Shown here: positions 1 to 8,687 of the stretch, one piece after another
Numbering within the stretch: the first letter of the stretch is position 1
Layout: each line of letters begins with the position of its first letter
DNA from: Clostridiales bacterium
GTDB taxonomy: Bacteria > Bacillota > Clostridia > Christensenellales > Aristaeellaceae
Direction: 5' to 3'
DNA length: 64,000 nucleotides
Assembly: GCA_004555155.1 (NCBI GenBank)
Contig: SFJH01000004.1
Coordinates: 28,586 to 92,585, forward strand
The notes under the pieces: generated by a model
What the model was told of the DNA's origin: nothing
Databases searched by the model: none
What the model saw: only the letters and a program-made list of their open reading frames with translations
Translations under genes and position numbers: made by a program

Positions 1-69
1 GCGGGCCGATGAAACGGAACCGGCGTTTGGACGGGCGCATCTCTCCCAAATACAAAGACAGCGGCCTTG

Positions 70-86
70 CGGACGGTATGCGTCCG
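70..86 (-). terminator. possible terminator hairpin downstream of the LTD gene
   Basis: cggac-ggtatgc-gtccg hairpin. On the minus strand it is followed by a T-containing tract (ctgtctttgtattt). The stem is short, so the call is weak. Confidence 0.3.
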
Positions 87-116
87 AAGGTCGCTGTTCT
101 GTTTGGGGTGGATGGG

Positions 117-1352
117 TCAGTTGGCCGCGCCGGGCGTGGGCTCCGCAGTGGACCACGCGCCGTCCGCGCCCTTGCTCCAGGACGTGTCCGGCTTCATCAG
201 GTCAAAGTCCACGCGGTCGGCCACCTGTCCCTTCGCGTCGGACAGCAGGACGGATTCGCCCTCGGTGCTCAGGCTGAAGCTGGCGTGGGGGTGATCCGCG
301 TCCCGGCGGTTCAGACCGGAGGCGTACACGATGCGGTACTCGTCCGCCTGAAGGACGAAGCCCTCGGGCAGCCGCCACTTGGTGGGCTGGCCCACGGCGT
401 CGGACACGAACCAGCCGCTGAGGTCGATCGCCGCGCCGGTGGCGTTGTGCAGCTCGAAGTAATCGTGGAACTCGCCGTTCTCATCCGGCGCGTACCGGGA
501 GTTCGAGGACACGATTTCGGTGATCTCCACGCCGGCGTCGGTGCGCGGCTGATGCAGCGCGGTGTAGCTCTCGGCGGTGTTGGCCATGCCGGGCGTGGCC
601 ATGCTGCTGACCGACCAGGCGGCCTGATCCTGGCGCACATAGGCCATGTCGGCGGTCATCGCCGGGAAGTTCACCGAATCCACCGCCGTTCCCGACGGAT
701 TGAACAGCATCAGCGTGCCGCCCTGAGACGACAGCCGGAAGGGCGCGTGATAGGCGCGGCCGGTCTCCTGCTGAAGCGTGCTGTCCGCGTAGACGATGGC
801 GCACTCGCCGGGCTGCAGCGTGTGATCCGGGAAGGTGAACACATTGGAGGCGCGCTCATTCTTGCCCAGCGTATAGCCGGACAGATTGACGGCGCGGTCG
901 CTCACGTTGGCCACCTCGATCCAGTCCGACGTCAGGCCGTTGTCGTCCACGGCGGTGCTGTCGTTGCTGCTCATCAGTTCGTTGATGCGGATGGGGCCGC
1001 TGCCGTGAATCTCGGACACGGTAGAGGACGCTGCCACCGCGCCCTTGTCCGGGTTCACGGAGAGCCCGTTGGGCCACAGCAGATGCGCCGCCACGCCCAG
1101 CGCCAGCACCGCGATGGAAATGCCCACCAGCCGACCGAAGTCATAGGGCAGCCGCACGGAACGCCGGGGCCGGTACTGCGGCGCGGCGGGCCGAACCGGC
1201 TGCGCGGGGCGCGCGGTTCCCGACGGCGCGGCGGGACGGTTCTGTCCGGCAGGCGCGCCCGCTGGAGCAACCCGGCGTACCGGCACGGCGGGGCGCTGCT
1301 CGGAAGCCGGACGGCTTCCGCCCGGTCTGACCGGGCGCTTGTATTGCGACAC
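117..1352 (-). CDS. membrane-anchored protein with two lamin-tail-like (LTD) domains
   Basis: 411-aa ORF with a GTG start at 1352 and AGGAGGG about 6 nt upstream. It has an Arg/Pro-rich N-terminal ~75 aa and one TM (LVGISIAVLALGVAAHLLW). Two modules carry the LTD signature (IRINELMSSN..DWIEVANVSDRAVNLSGYTL and VEITEIVSSN..HDYFELHNATGAAIDLSGWFV). Confidence 0.8.
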   Translation of the reverse strand: MSQYKRPVRPGGSRPASEQRPAVPVRRVAPAGAPAGQNRPAAPSGTARPAQPVRPAAPQYRPRRSVRLPYDFGRLVGISIAVLALGVAAHLLWPNGLSVNPDKGAVAASSTVSEIHGSGPIRINELMSSNDSTAVDDNGLTSDWIEVANVSDRAVNLSGYTLGKNERASNVFTFPDHTLQPGECAIVYADSTLQQETGRAYHAPFRLSSQGGTLMLFNPSGTAVDSVNFPAMTADMAYVRQDQAAWSVSSMATPGMANTAESYTALHQPRTDAGVEITEIVSSNSRYAPDENGEFHDYFELHNATGAAIDLSGWFVSDAVGQPTKWRLPEGFVLQADEYRIVYASGLNRRDADHPHASFSLSTEGESVLLSDAKGQVADRVDFDLMKPDTSWSKGADGAWSTAEPTPGAAN

Positions 1353-1406
1353 GGGATTCCCTCCTTATTCCCGCGCCCAGCGCGGGATGATCCTTTGGAA
1401 TGGAGC

Positions 1407-2066
1407 TTATGCGGCCTCGCCCTGATAGGACACCAGCGTGGCGTCCTGCACGCCGCGGATGGAGTGAATCTTGTTCAGCACGGCCTCGGGCTTGTCCAGG
1501 CGCACCTCATAGGTCATCTCGATGCCAGCGCTGGAGACATTCTTGGACTTGAGCTTCTGGATGCGGATGCTGCCGACGATCTGGCTGACGGGGCGCTCGG
1601 CCTCCTCGGTCATGCGCACCACCAGCAGATAGCTGTTGACGCCCTTGGCCTGGATGTTCACCAGCAGGGTCAGCAGCAGCGCGATGAACACCACGGAGAC
1701 GGCGGTGAGCAGATACTGGCCCGCGCCCAGCAGGATGCCGGTGGTCAGCGCCCAGAACATGTAGGCCGTGTCCAGCGGATCCTTCACCGCGGTGCGGAAG
1801 CGCACGATGGACAGCGCGCCCACCATGCCCATGGACAGCGCGATGGAATTGCGGATGCACAGCACCACGGGGGTGGTGATCAGCGTCATCATGATCAGCG
1901 TCATGGCGAAGTTGCTGGAATACATCACGCCGCGATAGTTGCGGCGATAGACCCACGCGATGCCGTAGCCCAGCACTACGGCCAGCAGCATGGACACGAT
2001 AATGGTCAGAATCGAGGAGACGCCCAGCGTCATGGAGCTCGTCAGATCGGCAGTCAGGTTGTTCAT
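1407..2066 (-). CDS. DUF4956 family integral membrane protein
   Basis: Track ORF is 1407..2114. I prefer the ATG at 2066 (MNNLTADL), which follows GGAGGAGG. It has several TM segments and the motif GALSIVRFRTAVKDPLDTAYMFWAL that I recognise from DUF4956 proteins, plus a soluble C-terminal ~70 aa. Confidence 0.75.
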   Translation of the reverse strand: MNNLTADLTSSMTLGVSSILTIIVSMLLAVVLGYGIAWVYRRNYRGVMYSSNFAMTLIMMTLITTPVVLCIRNSIALSMGMVGALSIVRFRTAVKDPLDTAYMFWALTTGILLGAGQYLLTAVSVVFIALLLTLLVNIQAKGVNSYLLVVRMTEEAERPVSQIVGSIRIQKLKSKNVSSAGIEMTYEVRLDKPEAVLNKIHSIRGVQDATLVSYQGEAA

Positions 2067-2124
2067 CGGTATTTCCTCCTCCATCATTTTCACTTCCGCA
2101 TTGCGGGAAGTCATGCACGTCAGA

Positions 2125-2847
2125 TCAGTCGAAGCCGCCGCCGCCCAGCGGCTCGAAGCGGCGGCAGAGCACGTATTTCGAAACGGCGCTGCGCTCCGCG
2201 CGGGTTCCCGCCAGCAGCTTTTGGATGTGGTCGGGCAGGTAGTTGTCGTATTTGACCTCGAGAATTTCCAGCTTCTCGTCCAGCGGACTGATCACGGGGA
2301 TGTCCGCGTTGAACAGATCCGTGCTGTGCAGTCCCGAGCGCAGCCTGAGGTCGAAGGTGATGCGCACGTTCTCCGCCGGATGCAGATAGGCCTCGCGCTG
2401 GTAGTCCACGATCACGCTGGGCCGCAGCAGCTTCGTGCGCATCTGCACGAACATGTCCTGCAAAAGCGGATTGTTGGAGCGGTACAATCCCCTCGGGTCG
2501 CCGGAGATGATCTGCTCGCAGAGCCTGCGGGTGATCTGCACGGAGGATTTCTGGATCAGATCGCCCAGCTTGCGCTTGCGCTCCAGGAAGATCTCCGCGT
2601 CGGAGTAGCGGTAGATGCGGATGCGGTACTTGTCGCGGTGCATCACGCCGCCCACCTTGTCGAAGTAGGCGCTGTCCTCGATGTCGTCGAAGTACAGCGA
2701 CCGGATGGCGTAGGGGCGGCCGCCGCGGCAGTGGGAATCCAGCTCCATGCCCCTTCTGAGCTGAATCCGCAGCGCTTCAACCTCGGCGGGATGAATGAAG
2801 TATTTCAGCTCGTGCCGCGCGGGCAGTTGAGCTCTCTTCTGCTGCAA
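2125..2847 (-). CDS. VTC-domain (CYTH-like polyphosphate polymerase domain) protein
   Basis: Track ORF is 2125..2904. I prefer the TTG at 2847, which follows AAGGGGGA and lies 17 nt after the CotH stop. The signature is RHELKYFI..YAIRSLYFDD..DKYRIRIYRY..IFLERKRK, typical of bacterial VTC-domain proteins. No TM segment. Confidence 0.8.
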   Translation of the reverse strand: MQQKRAQLPARHELKYFIHPAEVEALRIQLRRGMELDSHCRGGRPYAIRSLYFDDIEDSAYFDKVGGVMHRDKYRIRIYRYSDAEIFLERKRKLGDLIQKSSVQITRRLCEQIISGDPRGLYRSNNPLLQDMFVQMRTKLLRPSVIVDYQREAYLHPAENVRITFDLRLRSGLHSTDLFNADIPVISPLDEKLEILEVKYDNYLPDHIQKLLAGTRAERSAVSKYVLCRRFEPLGGGGFD

Positions 2848-2863
2848 GTTCTTTCCCCCTTCT

Positions 2864-5800
2864 CTACGCGCCGTAGTTCTGAGCGGCTTCCAGCGCGTCG
2901 CCAAAGTAATGATACATCTCGTCCGTGGTCAGGTTCAGGTGGTCCGTATTGCTGAAGTACTTCAGCAGCTTCATCGGGCGCTCCTCCGCGTAGTTGATCA
3001 GGAAGGCCAGCTCCTTTTCATACTTGCTCTCGGAGGTGTTCCAGCGCGCCAGCTGATCGGGCAGCAGCGGCTCGAGGATCTCGTACCGCTCGCGGATCAT
3101 GCGCACCACGTTTTCGCTGGTGAACGTGGTGGCCATCTGTTCGCCCATGTAGGTCAGGAACTCGTCGCGGAAGCGGGGGTTCTTCATGCAGGCGATGAAC
3201 AGCGTGTTGTCCGTGCGGGAATTGGCGCCCATGCCGCCGGGCGTCAGCCAGCGGTTGATGGAATCGGTGTCCGTGGTGAACGCCCAGTCGAAGTCGAACA
3301 GGATCCAGCGCCACTTGCCGTCGGCGTTGGCGTTTCGGTATCGCTTGACGTTGAGCGTGTCGGTGTTGCCGGTGAAGATCTCCACGGCCATGTATTCGAT
3401 GAAATTCCGGATGTCGATGGCCTTGTCCAGGTTTTCATAGAAAGCGTCCGCAGTGGGATCCGCCTTCTTGACCGCTGCCAGCAGCTCGGCGAAGGTGTCA
3501 TTGGAGCCCTGCATAGTGTTGGAGTTGGCCTTCACCAGGTCGATGTCGTCCTCGTCGCCCTCCCAGCCCTCGAACTGGCAGATCGACTCGGGATTGATGC
3601 GCTCGCGGAGATTGTACTGGCCCCAGTACTGGCCGTCCAGATACAGCACGCAGATCTCCGTCTCCTGGTACATCACCGACGATTCCGCCGCCAGCGCGGT
3701 GAGAATGGAATCGCGCATGCGGGTCTTGCCGGTGTCCTGGCCGGAGGAGCGCAGGATGAACGACTGGTACTCGGTGTAATCCCGGTTGGAGAACAGCGCG
3801 ATGGGGAAGCGGTTGGAGCCGTACTGGGTGCGGGCGATGACCTTGAAGGCCTGCTGGGACTCCGCGCGGCTGTACTGGCCGTGCAGCTTGATGCCGCAGC
3901 CCTGGCTGAGCAGCTCGCTGCCGTCCCCGCCGTAGATCTCCACGTGGGCTTCGCGCTCCCAGTCCTGCCAGAAATTCGCGCCGGTGTAGGGGTGCTTCTC
4001 GGAGGCGTTCGGGCCCTTGACCATGATGCCCGTCTCCTGACTGGTCAGGTTCACGGGATCGGACACGAGCGAAACGACGTAGACCCCGTCGCCGTTGTTG
4101 ACGTCGTAGAGATAGCTCTGGGTGTCCATGAAGGATTCCAGCCAGCCGTCCGCGTACACGCGGGTGCGCAGGATGGTGGTGCCCGAAATCTGGATCGGGC
4201 CGGTGTACAGCGCGTCCGATTCATCGGGATCGGAGGAATCCAGCGTGTAGTAGATGCGCGCGCCGGGGACGTCGCTGTTCAGGGAGACCGTCAGCGTCTC
4301 GCCGCTTTCAAACATGCCGCCGCGCACCGAATAGCCGGGCGCGGGCGCCTTGCCCAGATAGGCCTGGCTGTCGTTGCGGGCCATCGGCGTGGCCAGCGTG
4401 AAGTAGCGCAGGCCGTCCGCGCCGTCCGCGCGGCCGTAGGTCACGTCCTCGTACTGCTGCGGCACATAGACGCGATCGACGATCGTGCCGTCGGGCGTGC
4501 TCAGCGTGGCGGAATAGCCGCCGCTGGCGGACAGACTGAAGCTGGTGAACAGCTTGCCGTTTTCCGCCCTGTCCGAGCCGTCGCAGAACACCGCCGTATA
4601 CTGACCGGGCTGAAGCACGGTTCCCTCGGGGAACTGCCACTTGCGCGGGCGCGCCGCGTTGTCGGAGAGTCCCCAGCCGGACAGATCGACGGGATTGGCG
4701 CCGGCGTTGTACAATTCAATCCAGTCCGGAGTGCTGCCGGAGACGGCCGCGGCGATCTCATTGATGATCACGCCGGAGTCATTGGCCGTGCGGATGCTTT
4801 CACCGGCGGACAGCGCGTTCTGCGCGGTGTTGGCCAGCCCGGGCGTAGGCGCGAGGGCCGTCGTCCAGCCGTCGCCGGTCAGCGAATACGCCTGATCGGT
4901 CTCCAGAGCCGGAACCTCGGCCGTGGAGGCGGTCTGTCCGTCGCTGCGGGTCAGGATCACCGTGGTCGCGTCGCTGCTCAGCCGGAAGCTGCTGTGCAGA
5001 TGTCCGGACACGCTGCGGTCGTAGCCGGAGCAGTGGACGATCAGGCTGCCGCCGGCGGGCAAGGAGACCTCCGGGAACTGCCACAGCGCCGTGTTGGCCG
5101 CATCGTCGCTCAGATACCAGCCGGTCAGGCTGACGTCCGCGCCGGAGACGTTGGTCAGCTCCACATAGTCGAAAAACTCGCCGTTTTCATCCGGCGCATA
5201 GGTGGCGTTGCGGGTCATGACCTCGCTGATGATCACGCCGCTGTCCACCGCGGTCAGATCGACGCTGCTGGGGAGGGCGGCGGCCGCGATGCGGTTGGCC
5301 TCTCCCGGCGTGGCGGAGAAGCTGGTCTGCCAGAGGCCGCTTTCGTCGCGGCAGTAGACCTGATCCTTCTCCAGCGAGGGCGTTTGAACGATGTCGGCCG
5401 CCTGCCCCGCGGCATTCATCAGCGTCAGCGTCTCGCCGGAGGCCGCCAGCCGGAACGGGAGATGCACGTCCCCGTCCGCCGGGCCGTCGCCGCCGTCGGC
5501 GTAGACCACGATGCGTCCGCCCGCGGGGAGCACTGCGGTGGAAAAGCAGTACATCTGGCCCGGATCGTTGCCGGCCATGATCGCATAGCCCGACAGCGTC
5601 ACGTCCTTCGACGACGTGTTTTCCAGTTCAATCCAGTCCGGCAGCGTTCCGTCGGACCGCACCAGCGCCGAAGCGTTGGAGGTCATGATTTCGCTGAAGC
5701 GGATCGGACTCTCCGCCGTGGCTTCGGCGACCGGGCCGGCGCTCGCAGCGCCGCCGGTGCTCTGCTCCGGGAGAATCGACAGCAGCACGACCAAAACCAG

Positions 5801-5878
5801 AACTACCGCGAGCAGTCCCAGACCGGTCGCGTTCTTCACATTTCCTGCCGTATGCGGCTTTCTCTTTTTTTTCGTCAC
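2864..5878 (-). CDS. TM-anchored multidomain protein: three LTD modules, an Ig-like module and a CotH kinase-family domain
   Basis: 1004 aa. Lys-rich N-terminus plus TM (GLGLLAVVLVLVVLLSILP). Three LTD repeats (IRFSEIMTSN..DWIELENTS; VIISEVMTRN..FDYVELTNVSGADVSLTGWYL; VIINEIAAA..DWIELYNAGANPVDLSGWGL). A chitobiase/hexosaminidase-C-like segment (ARIYYTLDSSDP..LYTGPIQISG). CotH-like C-terminal half (YLDGQYWGQYNLRERI, NFIEYMAVEIFTGNTD, KWRWILFDFDWAF). Confidence 0.85.
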   Translation of the reverse strand: MTKKKRKPHTAGNVKNATGLGLLAVVLVLVVLLSILPEQSTGGAASAGPVAEATAESPIRFSEIMTSNASALVRSDGTLPDWIELENTSSKDVTLSGYAIMAGNDPGQMYCFSTAVLPAGGRIVVYADGGDGPADGDVHLPFRLAASGETLTLMNAAGQAADIVQTPSLEKDQVYCRDESGLWQTSFSATPGEANRIAAAALPSSVDLTAVDSGVIISEVMTRNATYAPDENGEFFDYVELTNVSGADVSLTGWYLSDDAANTALWQFPEVSLPAGGSLIVHCSGYDRSVSGHLHSSFRLSSDATTVILTRSDGQTASTAEVPALETDQAYSLTGDGWTTALAPTPGLANTAQNALSAGESIRTANDSGVIINEIAAAVSGSTPDWIELYNAGANPVDLSGWGLSDNAARPRKWQFPEGTVLQPGQYTAVFCDGSDRAENGKLFTSFSLSASGGYSATLSTPDGTIVDRVYVPQQYEDVTYGRADGADGLRYFTLATPMARNDSQAYLGKAPAPGYSVRGGMFESGETLTVSLNSDVPGARIYYTLDSSDPDESDALYTGPIQISGTTILRTRVYADGWLESFMDTQSYLYDVNNGDGVYVVSLVSDPVNLTSQETGIMVKGPNASEKHPYTGANFWQDWEREAHVEIYGGDGSELLSQGCGIKLHGQYSRAESQQAFKVIARTQYGSNRFPIALFSNRDYTEYQSFILRSSGQDTGKTRMRDSILTALAAESSVMYQETEICVLYLDGQYWGQYNLRERINPESICQFEGWEGDEDDIDLVKANSNTMQGSNDTFAELLAAVKKADPTADAFYENLDKAIDIRNFIEYMAVEIFTGNTDTLNVKRYRNANADGKWRWILFDFDWAFTTDTDSINRWLTPGGMGANSRTDNTLFIACMKNPRFRDEFLTYMGEQMATTFTSENVVRMIRERYEILEPLLPDQLARWNTSESKYEKELAFLINYAEERPMKLLKYFSNTDHLNLTTDEMYHYFGDALEAAQNYGA

Positions 5879-6067
5879 TCTGTGCCTCCATTCAGGTACT
5901 GCTTACCATCATGATTGCATATAGTAATATAATACACCCCAAGTCGCGGCGAATGTAGTCAATTTTCCAATATCTATCCGAATATTTTGTAAAATCATGG
6001 CGATCGGAAGCGAAAAAGCAAGCGCTGGCTGTGTGAAAATGCCGGCGCTTTTCGGAATTGAAGGGGA

Positions 6068-7087
6068 TCAGTCCGCAGCGGCCTCGGCCATGGCCTGCAC
6101 GTTCTGCCAGGGAACGTCGGGCAGGATGGATTCGTGGCTGGGCGAGACGACGTAGTTGGGGCCGAACAGGTCGCGCAGGCGGTGCACCTCGTCGCGCACC
6201 TGCTGCGGCGTGGCGCGGGGCAGCAGCTGCTGGGTATCCACGCCGCCGACGAACACGATCCTGTCCTTGAACTCCCGGGAGAGCGTCACGGCGTCCATCC
6301 GGGCGGCCTGGGCCTGGATGGGGTGCAGCGCGTCCACGCCCGCGTCGATCAGCCGGGGAATCACACGGTAGATCGAGCCGCAGGAGTGCAGCAGCACCTT
6401 CATGCCGTGGCGATGCGCCTGCTGCGTGAACTTCACGAAGGCCGGCATCACGAAGCGGTCGAACAGCTCGGGGGAGATCAGCGTGTCCAGCTGGCTGCCG
6501 AAGTCGTTGCCGAAGAAGAACATGTCGATCTTGTCGCCCACCTGGCTGAACAGGCGCTCGTTGATGCGCAGATAGAAGTCGACCACGTGCTCCGTCACCG
6601 CTTCCACCACGTCGGGATCCGTGTACATCTTCACGAAGTAGTTCTCCATGCCGAAGAAGTCGCACACGTTGTGGAAAAAGCAGGACCAGGAGCCGGAGAG
6701 CACCGCCTGTCCGGCGGCGACGGCGCGGTCGATTTCCGCAATCGTCGGGCCGAAATCGACGTATTTCTCCTCCGGCCAGTCGAAGGCCTCCACCTCGGCC
6801 ACGTCCTCGCACTCGGCGAACACGCCGTCCTGGCTGAGGGTGCGGCGCTCCTGACCGCCGAGCACGTCGAACATCGGCTTTCCCTCGGGATGCCTGTACA
6901 GGCCGAAGCTCTCCGGCTGGATCCAGCGGCAGGTGCTGCCCAGCTTCACGCCCAGCTCGAAGTCGTCCTTGACGTCGAACGCGCGGAAGAGGTTTTCCGT
7001 ACTCGCCGGGTTGGGGCAGCCGTGCCAGAAGCCGCAGTGGTCGCTCGTATGATTCAATATGGATTTCAGATGTTCACGACCGGTCAT
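6068..7087 (-). CDS. uroporphyrinogen decarboxylase (URO-D) family protein
   Basis: 339 aa with an AGGAGGA RBS. Family-level resemblance to URO-D/MtaA-like TIM-barrel proteins (FFGNDFGSQ, LLHSCGSIY, DAGVDALHPIQ). Specific function not inferable. Confidence 0.7.
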   Translation of the reverse strand: MTGREHLKSILNHTSDHCGFWHGCPNPASTENLFRAFDVKDDFELGVKLGSTCRWIQPESFGLYRHPEGKPMFDVLGGQERRTLSQDGVFAECEDVAEVEAFDWPEEKYVDFGPTIAEIDRAVAAGQAVLSGSWSCFFHNVCDFFGMENYFVKMYTDPDVVEAVTEHVVDFYLRINERLFSQVGDKIDMFFFGNDFGSQLDTLISPELFDRFVMPAFVKFTQQAHRHGMKVLLHSCGSIYRVIPRLIDAGVDALHPIQAQAARMDAVTLSREFKDRIVFVGGVDTQQLLPRATPQQVRDEVHRLRDLFGPNYVVSPSHESILPDVPWQNVQAMAEAAAD

Positions 7088-7123
7088 GGGAATCCTCCTT
7101 CAGCGTATTGCTGTGATGCCTCT

Positions 7124-7152
7124 ATTATAGGATGAAACGGCGGGATCGTCAA
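7124..7152 (-). promoter_or_regulatory. sigma-A-type promoter TTGACG-17-TATAAT for the URO-D-family gene
   Basis: Minus-strand read: cgaTTGACGatcccgccgtttcatccTATAATagagg. The spacer is exactly 17 nt, about 35 nt upstream of the start codon. Confidence 0.6.
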
Positions 7153-7200
7153 TCGGCATTCTGCCGCACAAAGACCGCTTTCGACCGGCGGAAGGGCTGA

Positions 7201-8376
7201 TTACTTTTTGCTCAGCACGCCGGAATCGCGGAGGATCCCTGCGATTTCGCGCAGCTCCTCTGCGGGACGCACCAGCGCGAAGCGCACGTAGCCCTCGCCC
7301 AGCGATCCGAAGGCCGTGCCCGGCACGGCGATGACGCCGGCCCTGTCGATCATCGCGCCGACGAATTCGGCGGCGGAGGCGTAGCCCTCCGGCACGGGCG
7401 CCCAGACGAACATGGTGCCCTTGCAGTTCGGGACGTTCCAGCCCGCGTCGCGCAGCGCGCCGCAGAAGGCGTCCCGGCGGCGCTGGTACTCCATGCACTG
7501 CGCGCGCACGCCGTCCAGCGGGCCGGTCAGCGCGGCGATGGCCGCGTGCTGCGCGGGCAGGAACATGCCGAAGTCGATCTGGGAGCGCAGCAGATTCATG
7601 GCGCTGAGCACGTCCCGGTTGCCGATGAGGAACGACACGCGCGCGCCGGTCAGATTGAAGGACTTCGACAGCGAGAAGAACTCCACGCCCACCTCCTTCG
7701 CGCCCGGCAGGGACAGGAAGGAGTAGCCCTCCGCGCCGTCGTAGATGATGTCGGAATAGGCGTTGTCGTTGACGATGAGGACGTCGTGGGCGCGAGCCCA
7801 TTCGATCAGGCGGACGTACATCTCCTTCGGGGCCGTCGCGCCCACGGGATTGGAGGGGTAGGACACGACGATGTATCGCACGCGGGCCAGCGTCCCGTCG
7901 TCGAAGCCGCTCAGGTCGGGCAGATAGCCGTTTTCCTCCAGCAGCGGATAGAACAGAAGCTCCGCGCCGCCCAGCCAGGAGCCCGCCTCGAAGATCGGGT
8001 AGCCGGGGTTCGGCAGCAGCACCGCGTCGCCGGGACTGCACAGCGCCAGTCCCAGATGTCCCATGCCCTCCTGCGTGCCGTGGACGGAGATCACCTCGTC
8101 CGGCGCGAGCGCCACGCCGAAGCGGCTCCGGTAGTAATCGCACACGGCCTGCGTCAGCTCGGGCAGATCCTTGATGGCGTAGCGGTAGTTTTTCGGATCC
8201 TCGCACGCGCGGCGCGCGGCTTCCATGACGTGCTTCGGCGGCTCGAAATCCGGCGTGCCGATGGACAGGTTGTAGACCGGGCGTCCCTCCGCCAGCAGCG
8301 CGGCCTTTTTCTCGTCCAGCGCGGCGAAGACGCCCGTTTCAAAGTGGTTCAGTCGGGATGCGGGTTGAATGTTCAT
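7201..8376 (-). CDS. class I/II PLP-dependent aminotransferase
   Basis: 391 aa. Motifs NLSIGTPDF, LLPNPGYP, SYPSNPVG and the PLP-lysine motif SLSKSFNLTGARV. Confidence 0.85.
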   Translation of the reverse strand: MNIQPASRLNHFETGVFAALDEKKAALLAEGRPVYNLSIGTPDFEPPKHVMEAARRACEDPKNYRYAIKDLPELTQAVCDYYRSRFGVALAPDEVISVHGTQEGMGHLGLALCSPGDAVLLPNPGYPIFEAGSWLGGAELLFYPLLEENGYLPDLSGFDDGTLARVRYIVVSYPSNPVGATAPKEMYVRLIEWARAHDVLIVNDNAYSDIIYDGAEGYSFLSLPGAKEVGVEFFSLSKSFNLTGARVSFLIGNRDVLSAMNLLRSQIDFGMFLPAQHAAIAALTGPLDGVRAQCMEYQRRRDAFCGALRDAGWNVPNCKGTMFVWAPVPEGYASAAEFVGAMIDRAGVIAVPGTAFGSLGEGYVRFALVRPAEELREIAGILRDSGVLSKK

Positions 8377-8441
8377 AGGCGGCCTCCAGGCTTGCGGGGA
8401 GCGAATCGCACTTCGCGCCCTTGAGAAATGATGGTCATTTT

Positions 8442-8470
8442 ATGATAGCATACAGCCGGCATTTGTGCAA
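8442..8470 (-). promoter_or_regulatory. sigma-A-type promoter TTGCAC-17-TATCAT (TG-extended) for the aminotransferase gene
   Basis: Minus-strand read: tcTTGCACaaatgccggctgtatgcTATCATaaaatg. Confidence 0.5.
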
Positions 8471-8687
8471 GAAACGTTTCCATAAATGAAAGGGCTCCCG
8501 CGGAGATGCATTCCTGCCGGTCTATATATAGGAACAAATGGGAACGGGGGATGAACGCGGCGTCTCGCGAAGAACCGCATAAATTTCGCCTGCAAAACAC
8601 TTGAAGCCGAGTGCTTTACAGGCGATTTTCATCGATGATTGGCGCGGCTTGCCCCTGGGAAGCCCGCCCGTTTCGCATGAAGAACGA

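Noticed and set aside
1-40. Possible start of another minus-strand gene (ATG at 40, MRPSKRRFRFIGP...).
   Set aside because: Only 13 codons are visible and the GGGAG is only 2 nt from the ATG. That is not enough to support a call.
9-2255. Very long ORFs antisense to or overlapping recognisable genes. Examples are 9..2255, 2909..5914, 8601..9998, 13664..15271, 34273..35976, 35996..38008, 42757..44685, 51120..53513 and 59694..62423.
   Set aside because: Their translations are Arg/Gly/Ala/His/Pro-rich low-complexity strings with no recognisable motifs. This is what stop-poor alternative frames of high-GC coding DNA produce. Each is fully explained by a family-recognisable gene on the other strand or frame.
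5879-6067. I looked for a sporulation-type (sigma-E/sigma-K) or sigma-A promoter for the CotH operon in the AT-rich upstream region.
   Set aside because: TTGACT and TATTAT hexamers exist, but with a 22-nt spacer. No convincing CATA-type -10 was found either. I therefore made no promoter call.
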